A DNA stretch of 64,000 nucleotides from the NCBI RefSeq assembly GCF_964355755.1, contig NC_092677.1, positions 8,392,101 through 8,456,100 of the forward strand, read 5' to 3'. Both the position numbers and the translations under genes were made by a program. Position 1 is the stretch's first letter, and each line of letters begins with the position of its first letter. Positions 1 to 14,464 of the stretch are shown piece by piece. The DNA comes from Antedon mediterranea. Its lineage: Eukaryota > Animalia > Echinodermata. Under the pieces are notes generated by a model. The model saw only the letters and a program-made list of their open reading frames with translations. It did not search any database and was not told the origin of the DNA.

Positions 1-1716
1 TTAACCTTCATTTTTCATTGTTTTGGGGACGAATATAAGAATATGATAATTCCTCAACAAAATCATGCGACTCCAAAATTCGATTAAAGGCTGCCGGAAT
101 TGTTATTTATTTGACGTAATTCAATAAAAATTCAATCAATCGGTAACCATGATTTGGCCTGAGAATTTTGATTTGTGTATTTAAAATTATCTTTTTCTTT
201 TGTAGATTAAAAAACAAGAACTATAATTACGTATTATGTATGTTAAAAACTGTCTAACAAATCACATTGATACAATTTTAAACTATTTATTGATTTTAAA
301 ATCTTGAATCGTACGATATACTTTGCTTGTTTATAGAAAGATCATGTTCTGAAATTGAGAGAAATTTTTATTTTATTTATCGAAATGGGGAAGAAATCAT
401 AATCGATATCAAATTTCAACATGACACAAGGGTATAAAGCTCTGTTTACACAAAAAAAAAATGCTGAAATATGGTAGTGATGCTCAAATATTATGGTAGT
501 GATATGACATCATTTCCATGGGCATGTCACATTTTTTTTTGGTCACATTATGTTTGATAGTGTAGACTTAAAACAGGGTGTTCAGTACACTGCAGGTTTT
601 TTGTGTGTTAAATTCATAATAAAGGTGGGGAGAGGTTGCCCGGGCCACTCTCTTTTTTCCTGTATTGTACGAACAATTTATTCAAATCATTTCGTCACCT
701 CTTATGATTTATTGTCATGCATTGCTGATAATATAATATAGATTATGTAAATTATGTATTTTATGTGCTTTTGGGAAATGATATTTTATCCAGGAATAAA
801 TTTGATATATAGGCCTACAGCCTGTATATGTAGTTAAAAGGTCACTGTAGTTCTAGCATTGTTTTGCTTGTGTTCACATTAATATGTAGGGCCTATATTT
901 TCCGGTTTTATTTTTAATATAATTTTTGAATTAATGTTCCATTATTTTTGTGAACATTAATATAAAGATACAATGTTCGGTTAGTATCAAAGACTAAGAA
1001 TTTGTAGTCACTCAAGTTGCTCAACCATAAAAATAATATTGAAAAGTTGGGCTGTACTAAAATAACTACAGACAGAGTGGCCTACTGTGACTGTACTTAG
1101 TGTACTGACGTCGCACAAAAACGTTTGAATTGAACAGATTTCACTTAATTCTAATCGCAGTACAGTTTTGTCAACTAAAAGGTGAGATTTCTTTATCCTT
1201 TATGGCTGTTTTTTTATTAATTTGCAATAATGAAAAGTCGTCACGATCCCCATACGTAGGTAGGGACTAGGCTAGCCACATGTCTGTTGTATTGTATAAA
1301 TAAATGTTTAGTTATCGGGACTTCCTGAATGGCGAGTGCCCATGGTCGAGGCTAGATCAAATAAAGTGTAGGCCTAGCTGTAAAAGATAAGATTGAAAAA
1401 GCGCACATATCCACAAAGTGCTCAAGGCGCTTGTGAAAACCATGAAAAATACTAACCTTGAAACTAAAAACCACAACAAATTAAAAAAAAAAACGGAATA
1501 AAAGCATACAAAACGAACCCACATAAAATATGTATGGAACGCAAAGCGAGTCTTCAGGATCACCAAACCTAGGCCTAGTTAATTTCTCATTTTATGGTCC
1601 GTACCACGTAATGTAGTAAGTGATATAGGTTTCAGTGCGAGCCCATCATTTCAGCTGCTGCCTGCTGTCAGTAGTTTTAGATAGAAGGTTTTCGTTTTTT
1701 TTTTCCAGATTTCAAA

Positions 1717-2717
1717 ATGTCGGAAGAACTAGTGACACATTATGGTGGATGTCACTGTGGTGCCATAAGGTTTCAAGTCCAGGCACCACCTGCTATCAAA
1801 GCTATAAAGTGCGAGTGAGTACATAACTGTAGCAGCCTCTTATAATGAATTTTATTATTTCTCGCATATAAATTATTGTGCAAACTGAATAAACAATTGT
1901 AAATTTATTTTGTAGCTGCAGCATTTGTGAAAAGAAACAAAACATTCATTTTATTGTTCCTGCATCTAGATTCAAATTACTTCAGGTGAATTAAAACCAA
2001 CAATTTACTTTTCAACATTTTGTTTATTGTTTATTCTCAATCAATAACTATGAGTATTAATTAAAGTATTAAAGTGCACATTCTCTCAGATTTCTTATTG
2101 TTATAGTGATGCAAGTGTTCTAAAAATAAAAATTTTAACTGGTTAAGCATTGTTGATACAATCTGAATCTCATCAGATATTGAAAGGGAAATTATTTTAT
2201 GATAATTATTTAGAATAAATCATTTAACCATATACATGTATTTACCATATCTTTAACTGCAGGGTGAAGACAACTTAACGTGTTATACATTCAACACACA
2301 CGTTGCTAAGCATACCTTTTGTAAAACATGCGGTGTACAGAGTTTCTATTCGCCAAGGTCTAACCCAGATGGAAAAGGTAAACATGGGCGTTTATATCTG
2401 TGACGTCAGATAATGCCCGATATAATGCTTCCAATCCCAAATTTGAAAATCATTTTATAGCATACTTTTTCCTAAGCTACCATGCATTCCTGTTATTTAA
2501 ATTGAAATCATTAATTTAAATAAAGTGTCGTAATTCATCCACCTGTTTTATAATATACTACCCATAATTGTATTCATTTGTTTTTCTAGGTATAATGCCT
2601 CACTGTATTGACCCAGGAACAATAAAAAAGACAACACTTGAAGTATTCAATGGAGAGAATTGGGAAAAAAGTATTGAAATGAATCCAGAAATACAGCAAA
2701 GATCAAAGGAAAACTGA
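1717..2717 (+). CDS. CENPV: Centromere protein V-like / GFA-family protein, 136 aa; exons 1717-1814, 1916-1985, 2263-2377, 2590-2717
   Basis: Missed by the ORF track. Manual splicing at GT-AG introns gives 411 nt in frame: [21 protein letters not shown]...[18 protein letters not shown]...[30 protein letters not shown]...PHCID...FNGENWE. CxCG, CxCxxC and FCxxCG are the GFA/CENP-V zinc motifs. AATAAA at 2794-2799. Confidence 0.93.
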
Positions 2718-5700
2718 AATTGCCTATACATACTTTATTTACTTACTTATTACTTTACTTACTACTTATTTATTTACCACAAAAATGAAAAAGAATAAAC
2801 CAGGTTTATTGAAAATGATATTTGTTGAGGTTACAATAGTATAAAAGTATTTGTTCTGTGTTTTTACAATTTTAATTTATTATGAACATTTATCAATTTT
2901 TCATGTTATATCTACTACTATTTCCAGAAAAATAGATATATGTTAACATTGCTCAAATCAAATCTTTATTTGTTCCATATATAAAAATGTGTACAATTCT
3001 TTTCCTTGACAGAAATATGGTAAAACAAACAAAACATTCACAATCGTCATACATTAGATAAAATTACAATTTATAAAAACAAGATTTATCATGTAGTTAT
3101 CGCTACAGTTGAAAGAGAAGGAACATATGTAGTTTTTACGTATACAAAAACAGAATAAGCACGTCGAAAAAGTGGCAACTCGCAAGTTACACGATTTTTT
3201 TACACAAGAGAGTACCGCTATGTACAGTACTGTAAAAACACTAATCGAGAAAAACGCGAGTTAAAATTGTGAGATATTTTGTTTTGAAGGCACACAATTG
3301 TAACTTAACTGAAAAATATATACGATGATAAATGGAATATAGATATACATTTATGGAAATATTGTACCAATTTTCATATTTGACGTAACAATACATGTAC
3401 ACTGGAATTCCGCTGAAGGGGTTCGGTCGCGTGGCTTTATGAATCGATATGAAACGAGCGAACCGGTATGTTCATTTCAGTTAGGGTTGTTGTTTTTAAT
3501 TAGTTATCGAACTTAAACTGTTACAATCATTATTTTAAAAAACACGTAAACAACATAATTTATTAAAATGTGGTATCTACTTATGAGTATGAGGTGGCAA
3601 CAGGACAACAGATTTTTTTTCGTACTGCATTTCTGTACCAATTGTCATTTTTTGAATAATAATAGCATTGTCTGCTGTTTTCACAATTTTTGTATTAAAT
3701 ATAAAAATCTAACAAAAAAAAACATTTTTTTCGACACTACGCCGATTTGTGATGCCATGCCTGACTTTTTAAAATTAATTTGAAATAATTTAACTGTTTG
3801 ATGGGTTTGTTCAAATTATTTTAACCATCACCATTTCAAGTTGGTTATGCGAATTAAATATTATTACCATCATTGGATTTTCGTGATTGCTCGTCTGGTT
3901 CTACATGATTAGATGTGACAGTCGTGCTTTTTCTAGCAGATTTCGAATCTTCGTAAACGGTTGGGTTATTTTGTCCTTCTTTCTTCACGGGTTCCGAGGC
4001 ACCTGGGGGTTTAGTGTTAGCATTGTTTCCCTTAAAGTTGTGTTTTGATTGGCATTGGCTCTGTCTGTGAAGTGTTTTATTAGTATTCTCACTCTGTGGT
4101 TTGTGATAATTGTTGTACTTTTCTTCTCCATGTGTTCGTTTATCCATATTTGGGTTACAACTAGGCCTACCACGATTGTTTTGTTTTCAAGGCGTCATGA
4201 TTCTTGTATTTCAAAAGTACGTTAGATTGATGATCTGCTTCTTTAACGATTTCGTTTTCCAAAGCCGAGCATTCGTAACATTTCTCATCGGCTGCATTTA
4301 TAGCAATGAACACGTGACCAAAGTAGCATGTCGACCAGCTTTCTTGAGAAAAGCTTAGACATCGAGAAATAGCTTATTTCACAAAAACTACTGCATCATG
4401 TAGTTGGTAATCACGTCCAAGTAGATCAAATGCCTCTTGCATGAATTTAGATGTCACAGTTGATTTGTTGAGAATCATTGATAATAAAGATTGAATATTG
4501 TCTTCTGAAACTGCTGTTTTACCCTGAAGCTTCACTAATTGAACACCCATGTTTATCCGTTTGATTTGTGAAGCCACATCAAGCACAAATTGTTCAGAAG
4601 CAATGTTTTCTGAATTCCAAATGCGTTTCTGAATCGTTTCTAGTTGTTTTAAGATGTTCGTTCTGTGAATCGTATCGCTCTGTTTGTTTAACTCATCACG
4701 AATCGTGATTATTCGTTTTAACATTGAACTCATGATATCAAATAGAAGTAGTCGTTGATATTTGATTCCATAGCGGGAGTTCATTTCTTGTAAAAACCAC
4801 TCCTGGTCAAATGTGCAAAGACATTGTAATTGGTAGTAGTTAATCTTCTGTCTCATATCTTGTACTCGATCTATTGATCTTTCAATTCGCTTGATGTCAG
4901 CTATTCTCATGTTTATTGTTTTAAGGACATTTCCGTATCTCGGATTGAATCGAATGATTTTATGGCATACTGGACATTGTTTCAAACTTATACCTTCATC
5001 CTTATCCATATATTCATCCATTGTAGAAACCTCAATTGCGTGAGAACAATCATACAAAAATACATATTTTGGTCTCGATTTACCTGCAGATTTATCTGGA
5101 TGAAATAATTGTGGATTGCAAAATAAGCATTTGTTTTGACAGGGCTCGCCACACAGACCAAAGCATTTATGATTGCATTTAAGGGTCTTCTGACACGGTT
5201 GATTGCACCTTTCACGATTACAGAAGTCCTCACAATTTTGTGTACACTTAAAATGAATGCATTTCCATGTACATCGGGCTCCACATGGTTCGCAAATATC
5301 GGAACAGGAACGTTGGCAGTATTTGTGCCAGCAACCTAAATCGCACCTTTTTTTACAAGGTTGACAAGGAATCACTGAGCAGGGCTGTTGACAGTTGTGA
5401 CTACAGATAAGGTTTTTGTTACAAAATTCAGTGCATGGCTTGTGTATCTTTTCATGCGAACAATCTTTACATTTTCCACGACATCGATGTCAACAAACTA
5501 AAGTGGTTTTGCATTGTTCCTGACAACTGTCAATGGAGCATTCTTCGGAGCATTTCTTCGTGCAGATATGGCCACAGGGTAAGGGTAAATCACGTTGGCA
5601 ACAAATTTGTGTTCTTTCATGTCCACACGGCAAGTTGACAGTCAGTTTAAATAGACATGCTGCTTCGCCACTAGTTGCAATTTCTGACACATCAACAAAA

Positions 5701-6339
5701 CACTGTACTTTCTTCATATGTCCACACTTAAGTTCCTTGTCTACCTTTTGTCTACACAGCTCAGTACATGGTTTGCAACAAAGATGTTTACACTTGTGTC
5801 CACATGGTAGTAATCTTAAGCACTTACTGCTGCAAACTTTGATTTCTGAGCAAATACGTTTGATCGTGTGTCCACATTCTAGTGTTTCAACAACATTTTC
5901 AAGACAGTTGGTGTGCTCGAGGTCTTTAGATTCGTAACATTGTATCGTTGTTTCATGTCCACATTTGCGAATTTCAGTAACTTCCACATTGCATACATCT
6001 TACAATGTTCATATAAGGAATATTTTGGTATAATGTAGGTGTTTTTTCTATTGAATCCACATAACATGGTACCTTTTTCTCATGATTACATCCTAATATT
6101 ATTTTAATTAGTTCAGTGCAATCATAAATGGAACAGGTCTCACTGCATTTTCGTTGACACTGATGCCCACATCTTAAAGTTTTTTGACATGGCATTTTGC
6201 AACTAACGTGTTTACCGTCATCATGATGGTGGTTGAAGCTTTTACAATAGTATTCTTTGCATAAATCACCACAGATTCGTTGACATTAATGACCACACTC
6301 TTTTGTTCGTGAGCATGGTAATGTACAGATTGATGTAAA

Positions 6340-7434
6340 ACAAGGAACGCTAACAGTATGTCCACATTCAAATTCCTTAGTTATAACCTCAATACATTTG
6401 GTTGTGCATGCATCTCCACATTTCATCTTACACGCATGACCACACGCTAACGCCTTTTCACACGGTAGCTGACAGGATGTTATGTAGCATTGAACTTCAC
6501 AACTGTGAGAACATAGAATAAATGACTTCGTGACAATTTCTAAACATTTTGATGTGCATCTTTCAAAACATAGTTTTTTGCATCTGTGTCCACACGTCAA
6601 CGACTTTTCACATGGATTAGTGCATTTTACAGGCTTTTCAAATCGACCACACTGTATCCTCACCTCATGCAGACATTTTAAGGCTTTACTAATCATGATT
6701 TTACATGGCACACATTTTTCAAAACACTTCCGATAACAGGAACGATGACCTCGTCTGCATAATCTAACACATTTCTCTTTGCATTGATATAATATCTCCC
6801 GATGATCTCGAGGATGGCACAGCAAAGAGCACGCATGGCCACCGTCTAGCCGAGTCTCACACTTCAGCTTACATCCTCCTTCTGGACAAGGAACGCTAAC
6901 AGTATGTCCACATTCAAATTCCTTAGTTATAAACTCAATACATTTGGTTGTGCAAGCATCTCCACATTTCATGTTACACGCACGACCACATGCTAACGTC
7001 TTTTCACACGGTAGTTGACAGGATGTTATGTAGCATTGAACTTCACAACTGTGAGAACACAGAATAAATGACTTCGTGACAATTTCCAAACATTTTGATG
7101 TGCATCTTTCAAAACATAGTTTTTTGCATCTGTGTCCACACGTCAACGACTTTTCACATGGATTAGTGCATTTTACAGGCTTTTCAAATCGACCACACTG
7201 TATCCTCACCTCATGTAGACATTTTAAAGCTTTACTAATCATGATTTTACATGGCACACATTTTTCAAAACACTTCCCATAACAGGAACGATGACCTCGT
7301 CTGCATAATCTAACACAGTTCTCTTTGCATTGATATAATATCTCCCGATGATCTCGAGGATGGCACAGCAAAGAGCACGCATGGCCACAGTCTAGCCGAG
7401 TCCCACACTTCAGCTTACATCCTCCTTCTGGACA
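6340..7434 (-). repeat. In-frame 546-bp (182-aa) tandem duplication in the copy A zinc-finger region
   Basis: Block PEGGCKLKC...ECGHTVSVPC occurs twice. Antisense ORFs at 6530 and 7076 are offset by 546. ACA microhomology at 6340, 6886 and 7432. Confidence 0.92.
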
Positions 7435-10400
7435 TTGTTTAAATTCTTCAGCTGTAGATATTTTAACTTTCGTTGTCGGATGGTTTTGACAGTACAACTC
7501 AATGTATCTTCCTACACATTTTGACGATTGCATGTCATTTACTATCTTCATCCAAAGGTCATTGTTTTAAGCTAAAAGTTTGAAGTTTCCAATACAGAAC
7601 ATACCCTTTTTGCCTCTTGATAATGCTACGCACATTCTGTTCGAAACTTTTAGAAACCCTATATTTCCAGCCTCGTTACTTCTTACTAAAGACAGCAAAA
7701 TGATTTCATTCTCCTCACCTTGATAGTTATCTACGACGCTTACATACACACCACGCAGGCAACCATACTCCTGTTTTTTAAGTAGTCGTTTTATATTAAG
7801 CACCTGGCCAGTATATGTCGTCAAAATGGTGATACTAGAAGCATCGTATCCTTGTTGGTAAAGATACTTAGCAAATGCTAAACAATACTTAGCTTCGTGA
7901 GCATTCGACTTGCTTAATAGATCCTCAACGGATTCTTCTTGAATATCGTGGTTAATAAAGAACAGGTTATGAGCTACACCTTTAACGTTATCAAACTCTT
8001 TTACTGACTCGTCGTCGAGGAGATGACTGTAAAAGTGTTTCCTCATGATTTGTGACATTTCTGGTCGCATTCGGTGTTGTGACGACAATTTCTGACAAGG
8101 AACACCATTGGTAATCATTCGTTCAAACAGGGATGTGTCAAGATTGAATTTGGTGGCAAGTTTATATACTGTAGGATTTGGCTTTAATTGCTGATGGTCT
8201 CCAATTAGAATTAGATGTTCGCATTGTTTCGTTAGGCTTGTTACAATGTGTGCTTCCAATATTTCTGCTGCCTCTTCAACAACAACTATTCTTGGTCGTA
8301 TTCCATTTAGTAACTCCTTATTCATAGCAGCACCAGTAGTTGTCATACCTATTACACTCTTAGTACTTCACAATTAGCTCCATAATCTTTTTGTTTAATG
8401 CTATTCTTTACGACTTCATCATACGCTTTCTGCTGGTCAAACAATACTTGTCGTAACTGGCATTTGTATTTTGTTATCCAGTATCGGTACAAACGCCATT
8501 TATCTTGTGTTGATAACGTTCGAATGTTGACCCTGTCTGCTTCTTGTTCCGTCATTTCATCATCAATAACTGACAATTGTTTTAGAACTGCAGCCCGGTG
8601 CCTTTTCAATGGTGAATCTTTACATATCATTTTCGGATCGTAGGCGAGCTTAGAATAAAGTGCAGTAATTGTCATTTCTTTCTTTGATTCATAATCTTGT
8701 TTTGCTTTGACGTCATTACAGTCACGTTGATCTAAAATCATGTCAAGTTCAGTCTTAATATTAGCATTATCTTCTTCCTCAGTGTCTTCTTCATTATTCA
8801 TGACGTTTTTGACATCTTCATTTTCATCAGAAGTAGAAAGAAGACCTAGCCACGTAGGCAAAGTTGAACGTTTTTCTTCTAATCCATATTCCTCTCTCGA
8901 GTCTCTCAGACATTTAAAATGATGAGCACTGATGATAGTTTCTAAAGCAAATTCATTGATAATATACTTGTCGCAAAATTTAATCAATTCTTAAGCTTGT
9001 ATCATCCGAGTGATTATAGAATCTGTAAGTTCTTTCATTCTATACAATTGTTTTCTTTTCCCTTTTTTTTTCTTTGCTAATTCTTTCAAATTGTATGATG
9101 CAAGTCTTTCGCTTTTCGACCTTCCGCCAATTCTGACCAAATTATGACAAAAGCTGAGTATTCCTTCAAGAAATTGGTCCAATGCATGATTTTTATAGCA
9201 TATCACCATTACCATATTATTAGCAGTGTCTTCGTTAGCCTTTGTGGCCCAGCGAATTCTGTTAACCAGAAGAGTTTCAACGATTTTTAATCCGATGTAA
9301 GTTTTTCCAGTTCCCGGTGGCCCCTGAATGACTGCAAGTTCCTTAGTTAAGGCTGATTTTACAGCGGTAATCTGTGATTCATCAAGTGCTAATTTGTCTT
9401 TTTCTGGCCAGCCGTTTTCATCTAGAATGTCTATCATGGGGCTACGAATAACATGCTTTACCTGAACTTTGAAAAGTGGGTGTATATCGTACATCATTCT
9501 GGGTGTGTTACGAAGATACTTTGGTCTTTCTATGTAATGCGAGGCCCGAATAATATAATTATCCATAGGTAGGTTATTTTCGTCATTAAACTGCTGAAGA
9601 ACGTGCAAAACAGGCCTGTAACTCTCAAAAAATGCTGTGGACTCTACCATGGCATAGAGAGGTGCTATCTCAATATTATCAGTGTTGTGGAATTTAATGT
9701 CAACACGGCCTTGGCGTAATAACAATTCTTCTCTATTGCTAACGGTACCAAATAAAAGAGTTTGAAAATTGTCATAAGATAAGCAAACAAGGGAGCCATA
9801 AATCAACCGTTTAGTGTTTTGCCACCGTACGTTGTTTAGATTGCAGAGACTAAAGTGTACGCGATGGAGAACCCCTTTGTGTGGGAAAATACTGGATGTT
9901 CAATTTTCACATCATAATACAAACGAACATCTGTATTTCTCTTTTTTTGATTTCGTGGATTTGCTAGATTATCGAGATGTGTTTGATTTCCCTCACGCAA
10001 TGGACAAATGAAATCCTCACGTAGTAATCTGAATTGTACATCAAGGTAATGATATTGACTTGCGTAGATTCCTTTGATTTTATTTGGACGAAGGAATGGT
10101 AGCTCCATGGAATGGAGATCTTCTGGGGTTGGTAATATTGGAATATCTCTATAGTCATCAGGTGGTGGTCCGTCAGATATTCCATCTCTTTTTGCAGATA
10201 CAAGTTGTCTCTTCTTCTTCTCCGCTGCTTCAAATTCTAGAATATATTTGTCTGTTTTCTTTTTAAAACGTGCTACATTTATAAGATCATCTTGTGACAA
10301 CTTCCGTTTTCCAAATAATTCCTTACTTTTAACATCAAGCAAAGTTGTAATCAAGGCAACATCATTCACTTCTCTAATTTCAGAAACTAACCCATTCATA

Positions 10401-11439
10401 AACTGCCATACCAGATTTAGACGTGTTTCGGAATTTGTTTTTATCTCATTTTCATTATCATTACCATCTCCTAAATGAGTTACATATGGAATTAGAACTG
10501 TCTTTAAAAATTGACTTGATTTTATGATATCTACCAGTTTTTTTCTGCTGTTAGATAATTCACACTTAAATATTATTACGTACACTTGCATGATGACTTC
10601 GACATCATTATCACTCATTTTCTCTTTTTTTAGCAGTTCGTTGATGCTGTCGGCCCAACCAGATAAAGACTTCATCGGATCAGATGTGTGTAATATACTC
10701 TTTAGATCTCCAATATTAACTGCAAAAGCATATTTTAGTATGTTATTGAATGTAATTTAACCTTTAATAATACTGTAACTATTATTATCAATTTCCAACT
10801 CGCCTTTTATTATTGTACTATTCTATATTAGTTGACAACAATTATTACAGGGCCAAAATAAAAAACCATATTTTTGAAACACGATTTCTTTTTAATTCTC
10901 ATATATTCTATCATAGGAGCCCAATACAAAATATCTGTCGTTATATAGTAACAAGTGGTGGGATGAACGGCTTCTGAATTTTGTTTATACAATATCTATC
11001 TTATTCGATATCTGGTATTTGTTTCAGATTCTGAAAAACAAAATAAAAAATGTACTTACATGCTATACCTTGACGTCTCTTGTTTACTGTGTAACTAGGA
11101 AGATGTGTAGAATGAAAGGTACCATTTCTAATTACAGGAGATAAGTTAAGATAACTCTTTAGATTTCTACCAGACTATGTTAGTGTCATTTTACGTACTG
11201 TCTACATAACATTATGTTGTAATTAACAACATTAATAATAATAAAATTGGTGATGATGGTGATATAGTGGTGGTGATAAGGAGGGGAACAGAAGAAGAAA
11301 TTGATGCTGGTACGGTTATTTGCTGTTATTTAGTACATATACCTACCCTTGTGTTTCCTTTTCACCCCCTCTGCCTCTGAAAGTTTTATTTTGTCTTCCA
11401 TGAGTTGTAGAGGCTTTCCTGACGTTAACGTGCTCTGTT

Positions 11440-12266
11440 TGTCTTCCAACGGGATGTTGTAAAAGAGGCGGCTTGTACGTTTGTTGAGGGGTATTTCGTA
11501 TTCTAATACGAGCATCTAAGCAACTATCATCGTCCGTTGTTTCATATCTTAAGTGGTGATATTGCTGAAGTGTAGGCCTATCTATAAAGTCTCGTGCTTG
11601 TCTTCCAACGGGATCTTGTAAAAGAGGCGGCTTGTACGTTTGTTGATGGGTGTTTCGTATCCTACCACGAGGATCTAAGCAGCTATCATCGTCCGGTGTA
11701 TTATATCTTAAGTGGGGATATTGCTGAAGTGTAGGCCCATCTTTAAAATGTCGTGCTTGTCTTCCAACGGGATCTTGTAAAAGAGGAGGCTTGTACGTTT
11801 GTTGATGGGTGTTTCGTATCCTACCACGAGGATCTAAGCAGCTATCATCGTCCGGTGTATTATATCTTAAGTGGGGATATTGCTGAAGTGTAGGCCCATC
11901 TTTAAAATGTCGTGCTTGTCTTCCAACGGGATCTTGTAAAAGAGGCGGCTTGTACGTTTGTTGATGGGTGTTTCGTATCCTACCACGAGGATCTAAGCAG
12001 CTATCATCGTCCGGTGTATTATATCTTAAGTGGGGATATTGCTGAAGTGTAGGCCCATCTTTAAAATGTCGTGCTTGTCTTCCAACGGGATCTTGTAAAA
12101 GAGGCGGCTTGTACGTTTGTTGATGGGTGTTTCGTATCCTACCACGAGGATCTAAGCAGCTATCATCGTCCGGTGTATTATATCTTAAGTGGGGATATTG
12201 GTGAAGTGTAGGCCCATCTTTAAAATGTCGTGTTTGTCTTGCAACGGGATCTTGTAAAAGAGGAGG
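11440..12266 (-). repeat. Coding 159-bp (53-aa) tandem repeat, 5 full units plus a partial, copy A ATG exon
   Basis: Unit PPLLQDPVGRQARHFKDGPTLQQYPHLRYNTPDDDSCLDPRGRIRNTHQQTYK is repeated in ORF 11343-12329. Confidence 0.95.
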
Positions 12267-12925
12267 CCTTCTTACAGGCAGCTGATGATGGTGATGTCGC
12301 CGGGGATCTTTAGGTCTGGCACCTCTCATTGCTAATTATCTATTTAGTAAAAAATTGTTTTTCTTTCAAATGCTTTATTTTTATTAAAATCTCCGTAAGT
12401 TTGTGATTTTTTTTAGTCTACTATTAAAATAAATAATGGTATGAAATAATAGTGACGTTGCATAATGTCGTAACATCACTGTCTGAAATTCTATTCTGAT
12501 GCAAAATTATGCTTAACCTACTTTCAATACTGCGACACAGAGCATAGAAAAAATGATTGTCTGAGTTACAAGATATTCTCCTACATAATATGAGGTATGT
12601 ATATCAGTTTACACACCAATAGGCTGCGCGTACATACAATGGGATAATTAGGCTATACATAACAACTAACAGATTAATAGTTAGAGATACCATAATTTGT
12701 TTGATATGTATGATGTTCGTTTTCTAAAAAGAGTGACGTCGTTTACGGTGTGTGCTGAATTATAACAAGGGCGAGGCATAATGAAAATGTGTGTGAAGCA
12801 TGATTTTACCATTCAAAGTACAGGGCATCACTTTATTATTTTTCAAATGTATGTAACGTAGACGTTCTAAGCCTGCCTCGCTCTTTTCAATACTTTTTTC
12901 TTTTCATGTATAGTGGCCATTTTTG

Positions 12926-12935
12926 GGGAAATTCC
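12926..12935. promoter_or_regulatory. kappaB-consensus site GGGAAATTCC, copy A putative intron 1
   Basis: Exact match to GGGRNNYYCC; duplicated at 43702-43711. Confidence 0.45.
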
Positions 12936-13507
12936 GTTATTTTTCACCCGGTAAAATGTAGGCCTACGCACCATATCCGTGCCATGTAACATATTTTACT
13001 GTTATTCAATAGGGTAAATGCATACGAATTCTATACTTATTTAAGCTGAACAACTTCTGCAGATAAAGGTATACGATGCTGACCCAAGTTACAACAATTT
13101 CTGTTTACCTTTAAGTTTTAGAGAAAGTCCCTGGAACAAATGTGGCTCAAGGAAATAAGAGGACCGTTTGATGCCGATAATAATAACTTCCTGAATATGA
13201 AATGACATGTGCAAAACATGATTGTTTAGTACAGCCTATCAATTACCGTTCGTTCAGAACAATGTTTACACTTGACGTCTGACATGTCTATAATAAGTTG
13301 TCCCTCAAATACTTTACTTACACATATTATATTTTTTAACTTTCATATTGACCTTCCGTTTTTCGGTATGTGCCTTTCTGTCAAATGTGCCTATATACTT
13401 ATTGGTCCTTGGTTCTGTTCATGACATTCATTAAATTGACGTCTATTGTAGGCCTATTCACAAGTCAAAATAATATAAAATATCTGTAATATTATCTTCT
13501 GTATAAT

Positions 13508-13633
13508 ACTTACCATTTATATTATGTATATGCTATTTTGTCTGCGGCTTTAATAGTACGAAAATACTGTATTAACTACACCTTTAATAACATAATCCCA
13601 GACACTATTAAGATAGCATCCTCGGGAAATTCC
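13508..13633 (-). promoter_or_regulatory. Candidate promoter and non-coding first exon of copy A
   Basis: Minus-strand donor G|GTAAGT (acttac 13508-13513) with GGGAAATTCC at 13624-13633. The same arrangement occurs in B, C and D. Confidence 0.55.
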
Positions 13634-13861
13634 AACATACTGTACGTGTACAATCATGTGATTTAGTGAGTCATATGCAATTTTTTCTTAGAGGATATTG
13701 ATGAGTAACAAACCAAAATAACTATAATAAATAGAATGATTTAAAACATAAATATTTCAAGGCCAATCGACAGTTAGTATTGATTATAATGATTTGAAAT
13801 AAAATCATTTAAATTATATTTAGACTGCGCAGAATTAGTATTTTTGTATAGTCAGTCTTAA

Positions 13862-14202
13862 AGATGTATTGTCCCCCAAAAACATGGGAAATGAAGATTA
13901 ATTAAATCAGACTTTGAATATGTTATTTTGTAGTTTTAATAAAGTTAATCACTTCCCGTAGAAAAAAACCAAAAACAAATTATGTTTCACTTATAAAATA
14001 ACAAAATAAATGGTTAAATTCAACTAAAAACCCATTGGCTGGCAGCCAATTCAACCATTGTTTGCTTTAAATTATAGTTTTTTCATGTAAATACATTTTT
14101 TTATCCAATTTTTGGTCAAAGTGGATAACTATTATGTTACATTAAAAATGGCATATTCAACAAACATTTTGTTACGAATTTTTTCGGAGGGACAATACAT
14201 CT
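13862..14202. mobile_element. Kolobok-like MITE (TTAA TSD, AG...CT ends)
   Basis: TTAA|AGATGTATTGTCCC ... GGGACAATACATCT|TTAA; 14-bp TIR. Confidence 0.75.
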
Positions 14203-14464
14203 TTAATTTGACTTAACTGTTTCAATTAGTTCATTTCGATGTGAAGCGTCGAGTGCTGTTTCTGACAACAAGTACGAAATAACAACCAAACACCCATCTG
14301 GTTTGTTACTATAGAATAATGTATGCCGGTCTCCCGTACCCGCAACCGAGTAGGCCTACCTAATATGTTTAACATTAACACTGTCATTTATATAGCGCTT
14401 TTACAATGATCAAAGCGCTTTACATTAACCAATCAACAAAAGATGTTTTTTAAGCGCCATTTCC

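Larger units (their letters stand above)
3854..12329 (-). pseudogene. ZNFX1: ZNFX1-like copy A, decayed pseudogene; exons 12329-11347, 11127-11060, 10719-~3854
   Basis: ORF fragments carry GPPGTGKT, VEEAAE, LIGDHQQL, NF-X1-type CGH repeats and CSH...CPVC. Lesions versus paralogs: 4-bp deletion ~9875, TAA 8991-8993, 7-bp deletion ~8358, TAA 7567-7569, TAA 6286-6288, frameshift ~5990, TGA 5490-5492, TAA 4374-4376. Confidence 0.92.
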
